Assembly: GCA_043228905.1 (NCBI GenBank)
Contig: JBHGNT010000004.1
Location: 12,214,001-12,278,000, forward strand
Length of the DNA stretch: 64,000 nucleotides
From: Azolla caroliniana
Taxonomy: Eukaryota > Plantae > Polypodiophyta
Reading direction: 5' to 3'
Shown: one piece after another, positions 1-13,456 of the stretch
Layout: each line of letters begins with the position of its first letter
Numbering within the stretch: position 1 is the first letter of the stretch
Translations under genes and position numbers: made by a program
Notes under the pieces: generated by a model
Database searches by the model: none
What the model was told of the DNA's origin: nothing
The model's input: the letters and a program-made list of their open reading frames with translations, nothing else

Positions 1-2300
1 TAATTGGAACGTGCCTTGTTCCGCTCCAATTATCCAGTATGGGCCGGTCCAGCGGAAACGTAACTTCCCCGGCATATGGCCCATGCGCGTTTGAAAAACT
101 AGCACCGCTCGGCCCACGACGAACTCCTTTTCCCTTGCATTCCGATGTCGATCTACAAAACGCTTTACGCCATCGTTGTTCCTATTCCAACACAACCATG
201 TTGTGGACGCGTTTTTCCCCTAGTTCGAGGAGCTGGTAGAGCCGTACCTCCTACGACTTGGCTTCTGATAATCGGTTCCGTACCTGAATGCGCAAACTAG
301 GTACCTGAAATTTGATCGGCATCATAGCCTCTAGTCCAAACGCTAGTCGGAATGGTGTTGACTGTATGCTTGTTTTGTAACTAGTTCTGTACGCCCATAA
401 CGCACTCTATAGTTTGGTATCCTAGTCCGTTCTATTTTCATTGACGGTTTTCTTCAAAATCGTCTATAATGTTTTGTTCATGGATTCTGCTAATCCATTC
501 GCCTGCGGATAATATGGCGTGCTCTTCTTGTGGACTACAGCGTAATGATGTGTTAGTTCCCGAACCACCGTATTGAGGAAGTGACTCCCCTGGTCACTGA
601 TGAGCTCAATCGGACAGCCGAACCGGCACCAAATGTGCTCATACAGAAATTTGGCTGTGACGGCCGCCGTATTTTCACGTAGTGCCTTTGCTTCTACCCA
701 TTTGGTGCAGTAATCCGTGGCTACCAATATGTATTTATTGCCTGTACGGGCCGCCGCTGGTGTGAAGGGCCCTACAAAATCCAATCACCACTTTTGGAAG
801 GGGTCTAGCAGTAATACAGGCTGGTGTGGCATCCTTGCGTCCTCCGCAGGCTGACCCATCCACTGACACAAATCACACTTTCTACAATACTCGGATGCGT
901 CCTTCTGCGTTGTTGGCCACCATAAGCCCGCTTGCCATACTTACTGGGCTGTCACGTCGCCCGCGTAATGGCCGCCGGCCATGCCGTAGTGTGCCTCCCG
1001 TAAAACTGCTTCCTTCTCATACTTTCCGGGCTGTCACATCGCCAAATGCCGTCACTTCCTTTGTGATATAAAATGCCTTCGACGAGGCAGAAGTGATGGC
1101 TTCGGACGACTAGTCGTTTCTTCTTGTCCGTGCGTAATTGTGGTGGAGGCAGTCCTGTAGTTAAAAAGTACGTCATTTCCATAAGCCATCGGTCCGGAAA
1201 GGTGGATTCCGTTTTTTCTGTAAGTGTCGCTACTCGCAGGATGTCGACGTCCAGAAAATCGTCGTCGTCTTTCTATACTGTTTCTCCATTCTCGAGTTTG
1301 CTCAAAAAATACGCCACTGCGTGTTGCGTCCCCGGTCAGTGCTGAATTACGAAATCGAATTCCTAGAGCAGCAGCATCCACTACACCAATTTCCCTGTCA
1401 GGGCTTGTTTCTCCACCAAATACAATAATGCCGAATGATCCACGTGGAACGTGAATTTCCTTCCTAATAAATAGTGTCGGAATTTATTAATGCTATAGAT
1501 CATCCCTAGCGCCTCCCGCTCTGTTGTGGAATAGTTACGCTCTGCTGCTGAAAATTTACGACTCGTGTAGTATACTGGCCTATACCAGTTTGGTTCGGTG
1601 AGCTGCATTAGTGCGCTTCCTATTGCTATGTCCGAGGCGTCGACGAACACGTGGAATGGCTTCGTCCAAACTGATGGTTGTACGACGGGAGCCTATGTGA
1701 GCATTATCTTAAGTGCCTCATAGGCCTTATCCTCCGTTGCAGTCCATTGGAAAGGAGTCTGATGTACGGCAGCGTGTAGCGGCGTGGCGAAGTCCGCCAA
1801 ATACCGTGTCATCCGACTATGCCACCATATTTGTCCTAAAAATCGGCTAAGCGATTTGGCGTTTGTCGGAGTTTTGGCTTGCGTGATCGCGGAGATCTTG
1901 TTTGGGTCATCCGTTATTCCCTGTTTGCTGACTATGTGGCCTAGGAGAGTCCCGTTGGTCACGCCGAAGGCACATTTCGCGGGATTCAGGCTTAAGCGTG
2001 CGGTGCGGCAACGTTCCAGGCACAGTCGTAAGTGCGTAAAATAGTCTTTTGTTTTCCCATATACTACAAAATCGTCTAGAAAAACTTGCATGAACGCCGG
2101 AATGTATTCCCCAAAGATCTCTGTAATCATTCGTTGAAATGTTGTCGGCGCTGTCTTTACCCCGAACATCATGACGACTGCCACATATACTCGCCAGTCC
2201 GTGACAAACGCCGTCTTCTCCTAGTCTTCAGGGTGCATGCGTACCTGGTTATAGCCACTGAAGCCATCTAAGAAACTGTACATCTCATGGCCTGCGACGG
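1..2300 (-). pseudogene. pol: Degenerate pol of element A (RT, RNase H, integrase)
   Basis: ORF fragments 1693-2184, 1381-1650, 952-1182 and 464-784 carry canonical RT/RH/IN motifs. Confidence 0.92.
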
Positions 2301-2697
2301 GGTGAATGGGGTCCGGACCCGGTCTTTCGTTCTCTGTTCGCTCCATTGTGTTTGCGGACTCCTGCCGCATACATTCTGTATTGGTCGCGTTTGCTTTTTC
2401 CACCCACGCTTGGGCTTGTCGTCGTACCTCGTCCTACGCAGCCCAATCCGCCGTTTTTGTTTGCTGGCATGTCGTGACTTGTTGTACCTCCGCCGTAATC
2501 GTATTGACAACGGGCTCCTTTCCCTTGCGTGTTGGGCATTGTGTGGCATAATGTCCGGGTTGTTGACAAATAAAACAATGGATACTTGATTCTCCCTTCT
2601 TGGCCCCAGGTGGTGTGTGCCGCTCTCCGGGTGCTACTTGCTCTTTGCGGTCCGGCCTCGTTTGTCGGAACGTACGCGGAGGCTGTTGTTGGTCCCG

Positions 2698-3738
2698 TCA
2701 TTGTTCCTGGTGCTGCTCATCCCCCGAGTTTTTGTCGTAACACCGGTGATCCCTATATTGCTGAGGCTTACCCCGATAGCCATTGAAGCCGTCCCGTTTG
2801 TTTGTCGGGCGTTGATGCTCGTAGCGCCGACCCCCTTTGGCGTAATTCGGATGTCCACGATAATCCTCATCCTCTGGGTCGTCCTCCTCGGAATCGTTGT
2901 GATTCCGGCGATTCCGGTTGTACCGATCCTCCCGCGGGTTGCGATCCTTATACCGGGGTTGGTCTTCTTGCCTCCTTTGTTCAGCCTGGTGCGGTTGACG
3001 TTGTGTGTCCATGCTACGGATTGCGGGAGTGGCTCTGTTTAACATATTGTACTCGCATTGGTCGACTGTGTGAGCCTTCGAGTGGGAGATTGGGCAGTGG
3101 ATTCGCATATTGCACTCCACTGCGGAATGCCCCGAGTTCAAGCAAATCGTGCACTGGATTGCTTGACGCAATTAGCGTTCCTCATCCTGAGGTAACGCTT
3201 GTTGTAAGGAGGACATAGAAAACCTTTCCTCCTCCTCATCCAACTCGAGCTGTAATGCTCGTTCAATTACCATATCCGTCGTTTCCCCTTTCACGCTATT
3301 GTTGTTGAGCGTTGCCCGGATGGGCCGGCGTAAAGCTGCCAGAAATGTTTCCCGAGCCTCTTCCTCCGCGGGGCTTCGTTCCAGTTTCTGTCGTAAATTT
3401 TGGAAACGTAAGCTGAAGTCCGCTATCATCTCGGTCGGTAGTTGCTTAATTGTATAAAACTGCTCGAGAATCTCGCGTTGTGGAACCCTCCGATGGAAGA
3501 ATCACAAGAAAGCGGACTGCAACTGATCGAAGGTTGTTATGGCTGGTAAATCTATCTGTGAATACCAGAATGCCGCACGCCCATCTAGTGTTAATCCGAA
3601 CTCCGTCATTTTTGACTGGTGTGCCACCGTCTCGGAGAGATTCTGCGCCATGTGGTTCGCATTCCAGACATTCAGGAACATGCGAATATGAGTTGTGGCG
3701 TCGGTTTCGCTGTTAAAGCGGGTGTAGGCAAAGGCCAT
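2698..3738 (-). pseudogene. gag: Degenerate gag of element A with two CCHC-type knuckles
   Basis: Retrotrans_gag-like FGLTLDGRAAFWY..QLQSAFL; knuckles CTICLNSGHSAVEC and CPISHSKAHTVDQC. Confidence 0.85.
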
Positions 3739-4006
3739 AGTGGGAGCTACGGTGGATCAGGAAAGTCCACAGGGTGGCTATGGTGAGCGTGGTCCCCGCG
3801 TCTCGTCGAGGTATTTGGGGAGCGAAGACTCCCCTTTGCACTCACGGCAGGTAGTACTGAGGTCGCTGAGGCGGCTTTTGCCGTGCACATTCTTCTGCCT
3901 GGCGTCTGACGGACCTTGTTATTGGCCGGTCTTGTTGTGTTGGTTCTCTGGGTCGTCTGCGGCTAAACATCCATTCGTTGTTGCTCATCTGTGAGGAAAC
4001 ACAGAT

Positions 4007-4020
4007 CACCAAGCGTGCCA
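4007..4020 (-). promoter_or_regulatory. Primer-binding site TGGCACGCTTGGTG (tRNA-Arg(UCU)-like, two G-U wobbles)
   Basis: 4 nt inside the 5' LTR end; starts with TGG; tRNA identity from memory. Confidence 0.75.
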
Positions 4021-4024
4021 AAAG

Positions 4025-4465
4025 TGTTGCCGTTTAGGAACACGGTCCACGGTCAGTCCTTCGGCCTAGACCTCAAAGTGGGTGTGGAACAACGAACAGG
4101 TGTTTAAGCGTAATGCGTAAGGGAAGAACCCTTGTAACCGATCCGCGTATAAGGGAAGACGGGTACAACCGAATCCCTATCAAGGGTTACACTTACGTAC
4201 TACAACGCTTAAGTATTCAAGACACCCACACTGAATTAGCCGTAGCTATACACATAAAATCAGAGAAGATAGAATTCTATTATCAGACGTTTCTTTACAT
4301 TCCCCAAAATTACACGCGCCTCCATCAGAGGTTTTCTACCCTTTATATATGCAGGGTCTAATTAGTTGTTCACGCTTCTTGCGTGAACCGTTACATGCGT
4401 TATGTTCTTATATAATTTCTTATTCCTACGCTTTTGTCCGTCGGTTACTATTCCGGCGGACAACA
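4025..4465 (-). repeat. 5' LTR of element A (441 bp, TGTTG…CAACA)
   Basis: Terminal inverted TGTTG/CAACA; homologous to the LTR at 32137-32605; adjacent PBS. Confidence 0.88.
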
Positions 4466-4605
4466 TTCGGCAGAAGGGGGAGTCATTATGCCGGACCAAG
4501 AAACCGTAATACCCCAATTGAATGCGGGTACTGTGGAAAACACGGTCACTATGAAGAGGAGTGCCGAAAAAGGGTACGAGACTTAGCTTCAACTAGCCGA
4601 CAACA

Positions 4606-4749
4606 CACGAACTATGCATCGAATTCCGACTATGACAATCGTAGCAGAACTTTCACGAATTACGCATCGAATTCCGACTATGACGATTGCAACAGAATGT
4701 TTACAAATTACGTCATGAATTCCGACTACGGCGACCGTGGTGGCATGTT
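4606..4749 (+). repeat. Three 48-bp in-frame tandem repeats (TNYASNSDYD..) between nucleocapsid and protease
   Basis: Units start at about 4606, 4654 and 4702. Confidence 0.85.
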
Positions 4750-7445
4750 CGTAATGAGGCACAAAGCACACTTGATGTCAGCACAGGTCTCAATTAGCGG
4801 GTCCGCCTCAACTACCGTAGGGTTTGCTGACTCAGGAGCATCCAAACACATGACGTGTCATGCAGATTGGTTTCAGGTATTACGAAAACCTGAACGACCT
4901 AGAAATATCGAGACAGGCGATAACACGACTCATCCAATATAGCATATCAGGAACGTCCCATTCGGAAACAATGGTAAAAAAACCTATCTCAAGAACGTAC
5001 TGCATGTCCCTACCATCACAAAAAACCTAGTCTTGGTCAGCCAATTTGTCGAACAAGGAATGCAAGTACAATTCAACAATGATGGGTGCTTTATCGAAAG
5101 AGGAGACCAAGTCATAGCTCATGACCGTCGTGAAGGCCGTATGTTTGTCCTTGAATCAAACGAGGTAAAATTGGCCATGTTTGCAAAGGGTCTCAAAGTC
5201 AAAACCGACCTAAACTTTTGGCACAAGAGAATTGGTCACATCAATCTCCAAAAGATTCAGAACATGCAATCGAAAGGAGTCGTAATCGGACTCCCGAACA
5301 TTACCGTGAAGGAGACGAACACAGCCGTATACCTCCTGAACAAGTGCACAACCTTGGGAGTACATAACATAAATCTTCATGAGAAGTTCTTTGGAAAGAA
5401 ATCAGACTTGTCACCTGTTCATATTTTCGGCTCTATCACCTACGTCCATATTCCTAACGATACACGACAAAAGCTCGACCCAAAGTCAGAGAAATGTATC
5501 CTCATAGGATACTCACTCGAATAGAAGGGGTACAAATGCTACAACCCATCTACCCGAAAAGCTCGAAAAAGTCGAGACGTAGTCTTTGACGAGTCCCATG
5601 CTGGTACGCACCAGAAACAACTTCGACTCTAACTCTGCTCGACCCGGAATCCGCAGAAATGGACATAGAAGACGAAGATCGTCTCACGCGCATGTTCGAA
5701 GAAAGCCCGATTACGACACGGGAGCCCCCGAGTGACCAAAGCACATTTTGACTGAGTCTGAAACTCGACAAAGGGAAGGCCAAGATGTCCGAATACGAAA
5801 ATCCAATCGACAACGTGTCGACTCACTCCCTCGATAGTGAGTTCGAAGGCATGGACATCCCAATCATGTGGACAGATGGAGCGAAGAAAGCCTTAGCATC
5901 CACAAACGAGAAGCTCCACCAATCTACCCGTGAAAAGAACCTCGTAAGCCGATTCGGCTACAATGATTATATGATGTACAATTACGCCTTCATAATGAAG
6001 GTAGCATCAGTACGGGAGCCAGAGACGCTTTCCGAAGCCATAAAGGATCCGCGATGGGTGGATGCGATGAATGAGGAAATGGAAAAGTTATGCAAAAACG
6101 AGACATGGGATCTTCATCCCTCACACGCAACACAAGAAAGCGATTGGCTATCGATCGATTTATAAAGTGAAACACAATGCCGAAGGCTCCGTAAATCTCT
6201 TTAAAGCACGGCTCGTTGTGAAAGGATACGCGCAAACGCATGGCGTAGACTATGAAGAGACCTTTGCCCCGGTGGCAAAGATGACAACTATACAGACCGT
6301 AATTGCAATTACGGTAGCAAAAGGGTTGCACCTCCACCAGATGGACGTCAAGAATGCCTTTCTTAAAGGCGAATTAGAAGCGGACGTGTACATGATCCAA
6401 CCACCCAGTTTTGAATCGCGCAATCATCTGAACGTCGTGTGCCGACTCAAGAAGCCTCTCTATGGCCTCAAACAAGCACCACGTGCATGGCACTCGAAGA
6501 TCACATAGTATCTTCATTTGAACAGATTTTGAATGTCAAAATCTGATACTTCTTTGTACATCTAAAACGAGTCGGAAGGCCCGATTTTCATCATCCTTTA
6601 CATAGATGATTTGGTCATCGGAGGAAAGGATCTCGCCGAGATTAACAAAGTCAAATCACTTCTCTCCAACTGATTCGAAATGAAAGACTTGCACGAGCTC
6701 CATTACTTCCTAGGCATTGAAGTAATTCGGACACCAGTCAAAATAATGATCTCTCAACGGCACTACATTCTCAACTTGCTCTACAAGTTCAGAATGACCG
6801 AATGAAAACCTGTGTCCACCCCTCTCGATCGTAATCTCAAGATTGATGCCGATTCCGGCACAACTAAGTGCGAGTCAACTCAGTATCGGTAGCTTAATCT
6901 ATCTCACCATTACGTGACCCGACATTAGTTATTCGGTTGGCCTACTTAGCCAATTCATGCAGAATCCGCAAAACCTTCATCCCGATTGCGCTAAGAGGAT
7001 ACTCCGGTATGTAAGTACTATGTTGGATTATGGCATTATGTATAAGTCAAATACGACTATTCGACTCGAAGGATATACAGATACGGATTGGGCAAGCTAC
7101 AAAGCGGATAAACGATCCACATCTGGATTCGTCTTCTCCCTCGGTAGTGGAGCGATCTCCTAGAGCAGCAAGAAGCAGCCAACAGTCGCACTATTGAGCA
7201 CGGAAGCCGAATATAGGGGCGCGACAGTCGCCGCATGTGAAGCTGTATGGCTCAAGCGCATGCTGAAGGATCTGGGCATTCCCATTACGGATCCAATTCG
7301 CCTCTTCTATGACAACATGAGAAGCATCTACCTTGCTCGGAACTGAAGGCCTTAGGAGTCGACAAGCACAGGCAATTCGTATCAGCCCTTGGTCTCATGA
7401 CATCCACATTGCCGAGCTTGAGGGGGAGTACTGCAGGCGACACGC

Positions 7446-8204
7446 TGTCGTAGTGTATTTCGTACACTACGTGAAAAAGTAAAAATAATATAACCGATTT
7501 AATTACATATAAATAAATAAAATAAGAATATCAAGATATTTATCACCAATAAATAAAATAAGAATATCAAGATATTTATCACGTGCATAGGGTAAGATTT
7601 GAACCTTGTACCTCCACGTAGCCAAATCTCAACTTTACCATTATGCTACCTTATCTTTAGTGTTCTACAAATAGATTTAATAACTAAAAGTCCTTTATTT
7701 GCGCCTACCTTTATTAAAAGGTAAATCATGCATTTTTAGAGTGCGTGAATATTTTATAGAAAAACGCAAGCAACTAAAAAGTGACTCATGCACATCTAGC
7801 GTGCATGAGCACTATATTTAGCAAATAAAAGCAAGGATTAGAAAAGCATCACATGCACATTTAGTGTGCATGAACATATTAGAAAAAAGCATGTAGCTAT
7901 GCTTAGTCTCTCCCATCACTATATAAGGATGGGGAGCACATTGTAGTTTTTGTTGATTATTTTTCTATAATGATCAATCAATCTAAAATATTCGTGGGAT
8001 TCACGAATTTGCTAAAATAATTCTCTCTTACTACCTAAATATTGACTAAATATACTAAACTCGTGGGATTCACGAGATTCTTATCTTATAACTCTTTATA
8101 CCTATTCTTTACTAGCCTTATTTGTATTTTTCTTTCTCCTAGTCCAAAACCCTGGTGGTTCCCACCCGACTCACGCAAACGATCCGGAGCCGAAAGGCAC
8201 GACA
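7446..8204 (+). repeat. 5' LTR of C
   Basis: TGTCG…CGACA; direct repeat of 10750-11508. Confidence 0.96.
7585..7655 (-). other. tRNA-like Pol III module within the LTR of C (antisense to the element)
   Basis: Minus strand: ATAAGG TAGCATAATGG (A box) … CAAG GTTCAAAT CTTA (B box/T arm) CCCTAT; second copy at 10889-10959. Confidence 0.65.
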
Positions 8205-8208
8205 CAGT

Positions 8209-8225
8209 TGGTGAACCCGACGTGA
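8209..8225 (+). promoter_or_regulatory. PBS complementary to the tRNA-Trp 3' end (TGGTGAACCCGACGTGA)
   Basis: 4 nt after the LTR; near-identical motif at 45123-45138. Confidence 0.85.
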
Positions 8226-8242
8226 AGGTGGGTGGCAAGGAG

Positions 8243-10302
8243 ATGGAGAATCAACAAGAGGCAATGAGCATAACGATGATGATGATGTTCGAGCGGATGC
8301 TACAAGAACAACGAGTGATGTCGGAGATCACGGGGGCAGTAAAGCGGCTCGTACAACGAAACGGACAATTCAACGGAAACGATGTGTCACGCTATCTACG
8401 TGACTACAAGGCGGAGATGATACGATGTGGGATACCGGAAGGATTGCAAGTGACATCCTTCAATCGGGTGGCCACGGATGAGCTACAAGAGAGAATCCAC
8501 AAGATACGGCAACAAAACTCGACATGGGGGTCATTCGAAGAAGCTTTACGAGAGGCATATGATTACAAGAGATCAAAGGGACAAGATCGGCGAAAATTCG
8601 ACGAATGGGTGGCATCGGAGAAGACCCACCGAAGTGCAACACAAGCATTCCTAGAGTTCAAGCATCGTCTTGCTCAACTCTCGGAGCGGGAATAACGGTT
8701 GGTGGGGGAGGATAAAGTCCTAATGTTCGTAAAATCGACATGGGGGTCATTCGAAGAAGCTTTACGAGAGGCATATGATTACAAGAGATCAAAGGGACAA
8801 GATCGGCGAAAATTCGACGAATGGGTGGCATCGGAGAAGACCTACCGAAGTCCTAATGTTCGTCTTGCTCAACTCGACATAGGGGTCATTCAAAGAAGCT
8901 TTACGAGAGGCATATGATTACAAGAGATCAAAGGGACAAGATCGGCGAAAATTCGACGAATGGGTGGCATCGGAGAAGACCTACCGAAGTCCTAATGTTC
9001 GTCTTGCTCAACTCGACATGGGGGTCATTCGAAGAAGCTTTACGAGAGGCATATGATTACAAGAGATCAAAGGGACAAGATCGGCGAAAATTCGACGAAT
9101 GGGTGGCATCGGAGAAGACCCACCGAAGTGCAACACAAGCATTCCTAGAGTTCGAGCATCGTCTTGCTCAACTCTCGAAGCGGGAACAACGGTTGGTGGG
9201 GGAGGATAAAGTCCTAATGTTCGTAAAATCGATCGATCGAAAAGAAAGGATGGACATCGGGATCGAACTCGAAGACGATGACGGTACGAATGGTCTTACC
9301 GAAAATTGGGCCGAAGTCCAAAGGGTATGCCGGAGACATGATGAGAGGAAGATGAGAATCTTGTCAACGACATGGCCGATGAAGGATGGTCGATTGAAGA
9401 CAAACGATGGAGCCGATATGAAGGCTGAAATACAACATGATGGTGCGACGGAAGAAGGTGTAAAACAAGCTACCCTCTTGTCTTGCGAAAGAACAACGAC
9501 AAAGGATAAGGCCGATAACCCAAGTGTAGAAGAAGATTTCAGAATACAAGTGTCCGAAACATCGGGTGAAAAAGGGGTAAGCCTAATTGATGCAGTGAAA
9601 GAGAGCAAGGAGGACTTGATTGAGGAGGTCACCATGAAAGATGACATCGAATTGAAGGTGGCTATGGACGAATCAACGACGGATGGCCATATCGAGACTT
9701 CCCCACCACTAATTCTAGAGACTCCGACGGTTGGGTTCGAAAGGCAACGTGAGACCGAAGAGACGGAAGGTGGCGGAGAGAAAACAAAGGTCGAAGTCGA
9801 TGCATACGACGGAGAGATAGCCGAGAATATGGCTATGGGTGAAACAATGGAGGATGATAATACCGAGGATTCCTACCCACTAATTCTAGAGACTTCGGCG
9901 GTTGTATTCGAGAACCAACGTGAGATCGGAGAGACAGGAGGTGGCGGCAAGAAAGGTAAAGTCGGAAGCCGGTTCGGATGGGAGGTGATCCGGACGGGAT
10001 TCCGATCCGAAAGAAAGTCGAATCGGGTAAAAGAGAATTCGACCGAAAGACGAACCGAAAGAAAGCCGAACCGAAAGGAAGAGAATTCGGCCGAAAGACG
10101 ACACAAACGAAAGCTGAATCAGGCGAATGAGGATTCGGCCGAAAGACGACCCGAAAGAAAGCCGACCCGAAAAGGGGTCGACTTGGTCAAAACCGATCGA
10201 CCGAGTCTGACTTGGCCGAATGCGAATATGGATGGAAGCCGACCTAGCCGAAAGCCGATCGGACGAGACCGATCCGAAAAGAAGCTAATCCGACTCAACT
10301 GA
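8243..10302 (+). pseudogene. gag: Gag-like ORF fused to an acidic/basic low-complexity tail, disrupted by internal duplications
   Basis: GQFNGNDVSRYLRDYKAEM is homologous to the gag at 45158 and 23604; 462-aa ORF 8914-10302. Confidence 0.75.
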
Positions 10303-10749
10303 AGGTTGGACCAGTCGAGGCTGGTGAAAACGAGGAAAAGAAATCCAACTGAAACCGAAACCAATAGATCGAAACCGGGCCAGAAGGAGACCGACTCGAT
10401 CGAAACCGAACAACCGATTCCGATTCGGCCGAATACGAATCCGATCGGAAGCCGATCAAACTGAAAGTTGATCGGACGAGAGCGATCCGGAAAAATGTCA
10501 AGGTTGATGAAGACAAGAAAGAGGCCAGTAAAAGACACTACCACGAATGACAAGGGCCAAGAATATGACGAGAGAGAACAAAGAATATGGTGGATTGGAT
10601 GGCGACAATGGTTCGGGTGGAAAGAATGGGTCTACTCAAAATGGAGAGACAAAGTTGACATAGCGGGACAAACGGAGGATGAAGGGGAGACAACGAGCAT
10701 CGGCAACTTCGGCACATACCGGAGGATGTGCGGGTTCGGAGGGGGCGAG

Positions 10750-11508
10750 TGTCGTAGTGTATTTCGTACACTACGTGAAAAAGTAAAAATAATATAACCG
10801 ATTTAATTACATATAAATAAATAAAATAAGAATATCAAGATATTTATCACCAATAAATAAAATAAGAATATCAAGATATTTATCACGTGCATAGGGCAAG
10901 ATTTGAACCTTGTACCTCCACGTAGCCAAATCTCAACTTTACCATTATGCTACCTTATCTTTAGTGTTCTACAAATAGATTTAATAACTAAAAGTCCTTT
11001 ATTTGCGCCTACCTTTATTAAAAGGTAAATCATGCATTTTTAGAGTGCGTGAATATTTTATAGAAAAACGCAAGCAACTAAAAAGTGACTCATGCACATC
11101 TAGCGTGCATGAGCACTATATTTAGCAAATAAAAGCAAGGATTAGAAAAGCATCACATGCACATTTAGTGTGCATGAACATATTAGACAAAAGCATGTAG
11201 CTATGCTTAGTCTCTCCCATCACTATAGAAGGATGGGGAGCACATTGTAGTTTTTGTTGATTATTTTTCTATAATGATCAATCAATCTAAAATATTCGTG
11301 GGATTCACGAATTTGCTAAAATAATTCTCTCTTACTACCTAAATATTGACTAAATATACTAAACTCGTGGGATTCACGAGATTCTTATCTTATAACTCTT
11401 TATACCTATTCTTTACTAGCCTTATTTGTATTTTTCTTTCTCCTAGTCCAAAACCCCGGTGGTTCCCACCCGACTCACACAAACGATCCGGAGCCGAAAG
11501 GCACGACA
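10750..11508 (+). repeat. 3' LTR of C
   Basis: Direct repeat of 7446-8204, preceded by a PPT. Confidence 0.96.
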
Positions 11509-11677
11509 ACGCGCACTGTACGGAATTGATCGAGTACGCAACACGCATTTAATCGAACTGAGCACGAAGCTAAAAAGCCGAACAGTCCAGTTTGAGGATT
11601 ACAAACGCCGAAAGCCGGATTTCAAAGACCAAACCGAAACAACTTTTCAACAGATGGAAGTTGTGTTCGAAGGGGCG

Positions 11678-11901
11678 TGTTGAGAGTCGAACTCAACTTC
11701 CCATAGTAATAGGTTTCACACTAGCTCATGGACATACCATGCTAGTTTTGTAAATAGTAGAAAGGGCACTTTCCCTAGCTTAGTTGGTATTTAAACCAAC
11801 TCCTTGTAACTTAGTTACTAGTGGAAGTATTTTGGTTAATGTAATATACAATCGTTTATCTCTGTCTTAAGCTCTCTCTCTCTCTCTATTTTGCCTTACG
11901 T
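11678..11901 (+). repeat. 3' LTR of Copia B (left part; cut by element D)
   Basis: GAAGGGGCG PPT then TGTTGAG; CT microsatellite. Confidence 0.7.
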
Positions 11902-12105
11902 TGTCGTAGTGTAATTTACACACTACATGGAAATTGCATTTTGTCCATCCGGATAGAGAATGAAATACCCGGTGAGAACCGGACAAAGAGGAACCGACAA
12001 GGAGGAATCGGCAAGGAAGAGCCGGATGAAGAAGGCCGGTGAGAGTCTCTTACGGGATGAAGAGACACAATTGTAAATAAAAGAAACATTAAAAAATTTG
12101 TTGCG

Positions 12106-12169
12106 TGCATAGGGCAGGATTCAAACCCTACACCTCCACGCAGACAAACTCCAACCTTACCATTATACT
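12106..12169 (-). other. tRNA-like A/B-box module in the LTR remnant of D
   Basis: Minus strand AGTATAATGG…GGTTTGAATCC; homologous to 7585-7655. Confidence 0.55.
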
Positions 12170-13456
12170 GAAAGATATGGAGAATCTGAAAATCGCGATG
12201 GTGAAGAAGTCGGGAGACCGTCCCACAAACTCCAAGTATATGGACCGTCGATGTATATGGTGTGATAGCACCGAACACGATCGGAGGGATTGCGACGAGC
12301 ACAAGGAGGCGCTACGATGGGATCTTATCTACTATGAGGGAAATCGGATTCATTCGATGGACTCTCGGAAGCCACTCCGACCGAACTTCCGGAAAGGCGG
12401 CATGAAGAAGGTTCTAGAGGAGGAAATAGCGGAAAAAGGTAATTATGCGACAACTGCGGGAATAAGTGTGGGTGAGTCGTCGGGAGCAAATGCATCTTTT
12501 TGGCTGGATATGCTAGAAAACCCCAAGAAAACCGACTCCAATGAGATCCGAAGCACCGTGGAAGGCATCCGTGAAGCTACAGGATGGGAGTGCCCCGTGG
12601 ATAAGAATAGTGTGTTTGCTTTATGCCAATTGCATGATGTGTAGGTAGATGAGAAGCAACGGCGCACGGATGAGGCGGCCGGTCCATCGAAGACATCAGA
12701 AAGTTGGAACTCAGGAGGTAAGGGAAAAGAAAAGATGATTCCGGCATTCAAGCTCGCCTCGGACATCGAACAACAAACGGACTTGAAAAAGGTGTTCGAG
12801 GAGAGAATCCTCGATAGCCGGGTAGATTTTTCGCTTCAAGAATTACTCGGAATAGCGAAGAAGGAGTTCCATTATCCTCTTGTGGATCTCGTGAAGAGAA
12901 AAAGGCAAAGTATGGAGGAAAACGCTCCAAGGGTGAATGCAAATACCATTCTAATGAATGACACCGAATTGGAGGATGAAATACTGAATTCTCTCTACAC
13001 AAAGCCACACTAGGCACACGCAACTATGGAGACTCCGGTCCGAATCGGTAACATCAAAGAGCCCGTGCTAGCATTGATTGATCATGGATCGGAGATCAAC
13101 TTGATGTCCAAGGAGTTCTACCAGAAGGGTAAGTGGCCTATTAACACGAATCATGGGTGGAAGATCCGGGCAGCCACTAAACCAACGGAAGAGCTATTTG
13201 TGGCTTGTCCGGATGTGATGGTGAAGATTAGGGATGTGGAGATAGACCAAAATTTCTTCATGCAAGATGAGGTCTCACACTCCGTGATCCTCGGACAACC
13301 CTTTATCACGGCTTCACGGATGGAGACAAAGGTGCTCGATAGCGGTGCGGCTTTTGCACGAATTCGGAGCCAAAACAGAGGGAAATCTGTCCAATTCCTA
13401 ATTGTGCTGGAAAATCATGAAAGGAACAAGAGGGAGCTCTTGTCCCAAACGAAGAT

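Larger units (their letters stand above)
1..4465 (-). mobile_element. Ty3/Gypsy non-chromovirus (Athila/Tat-like) element A; runs off the left edge; protease and RT N-terminus deleted
   Basis: Minus-strand order is LTR (4025-4465), PBS, gag, RT (SFLDGFSGYNQ; FLDDF), RNase H (VDASDIAIG..NYSTTEREAL), integrase (LDFVGPF..ISDQGSHF..PQANGLAE). RT-RH-IN order is Gypsy. Many stops and frameshifts. Confidence 0.93.
7446..11508 (+). mobile_element. Young non-autonomous Gypsy element C (Trp-PBS group): two 759-bp LTRs, gag-like ORF, no pol
   Basis: LTRs 7446-8204 and 10750-11508 differ at about 5 sites by eye; TSD ACGC (7442-7445 / 11509-11512); PBS 8209-8225; PPT GGAGGGGGCGAG 10738-10749. Confidence 0.96.
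4466..11901 (+). mobile_element. Ty1/Copia element B (decayed); interrupted by A on the left, by C (7446-11508) and by D (at 11902)
   Basis: Zn knuckle CGYCGKHGHYEEEC, protease DSGASKHM, GAG-pre-integrase WHKRIGH, integrase with core deleted (~5310), RT (LHQMDVKNAFL; YIDD), RNase H (GYTDTDWA), PPT, 3' LTR from 11678. Confidence 0.92.

Noticed and set aside
7585-7655. Functional tRNA genes in LTRs (also 44320-44514 and 54680-54750)
   Set aside because: Anticodon and acceptor arms are degenerate, so they are reported only as tRNA-like modules.
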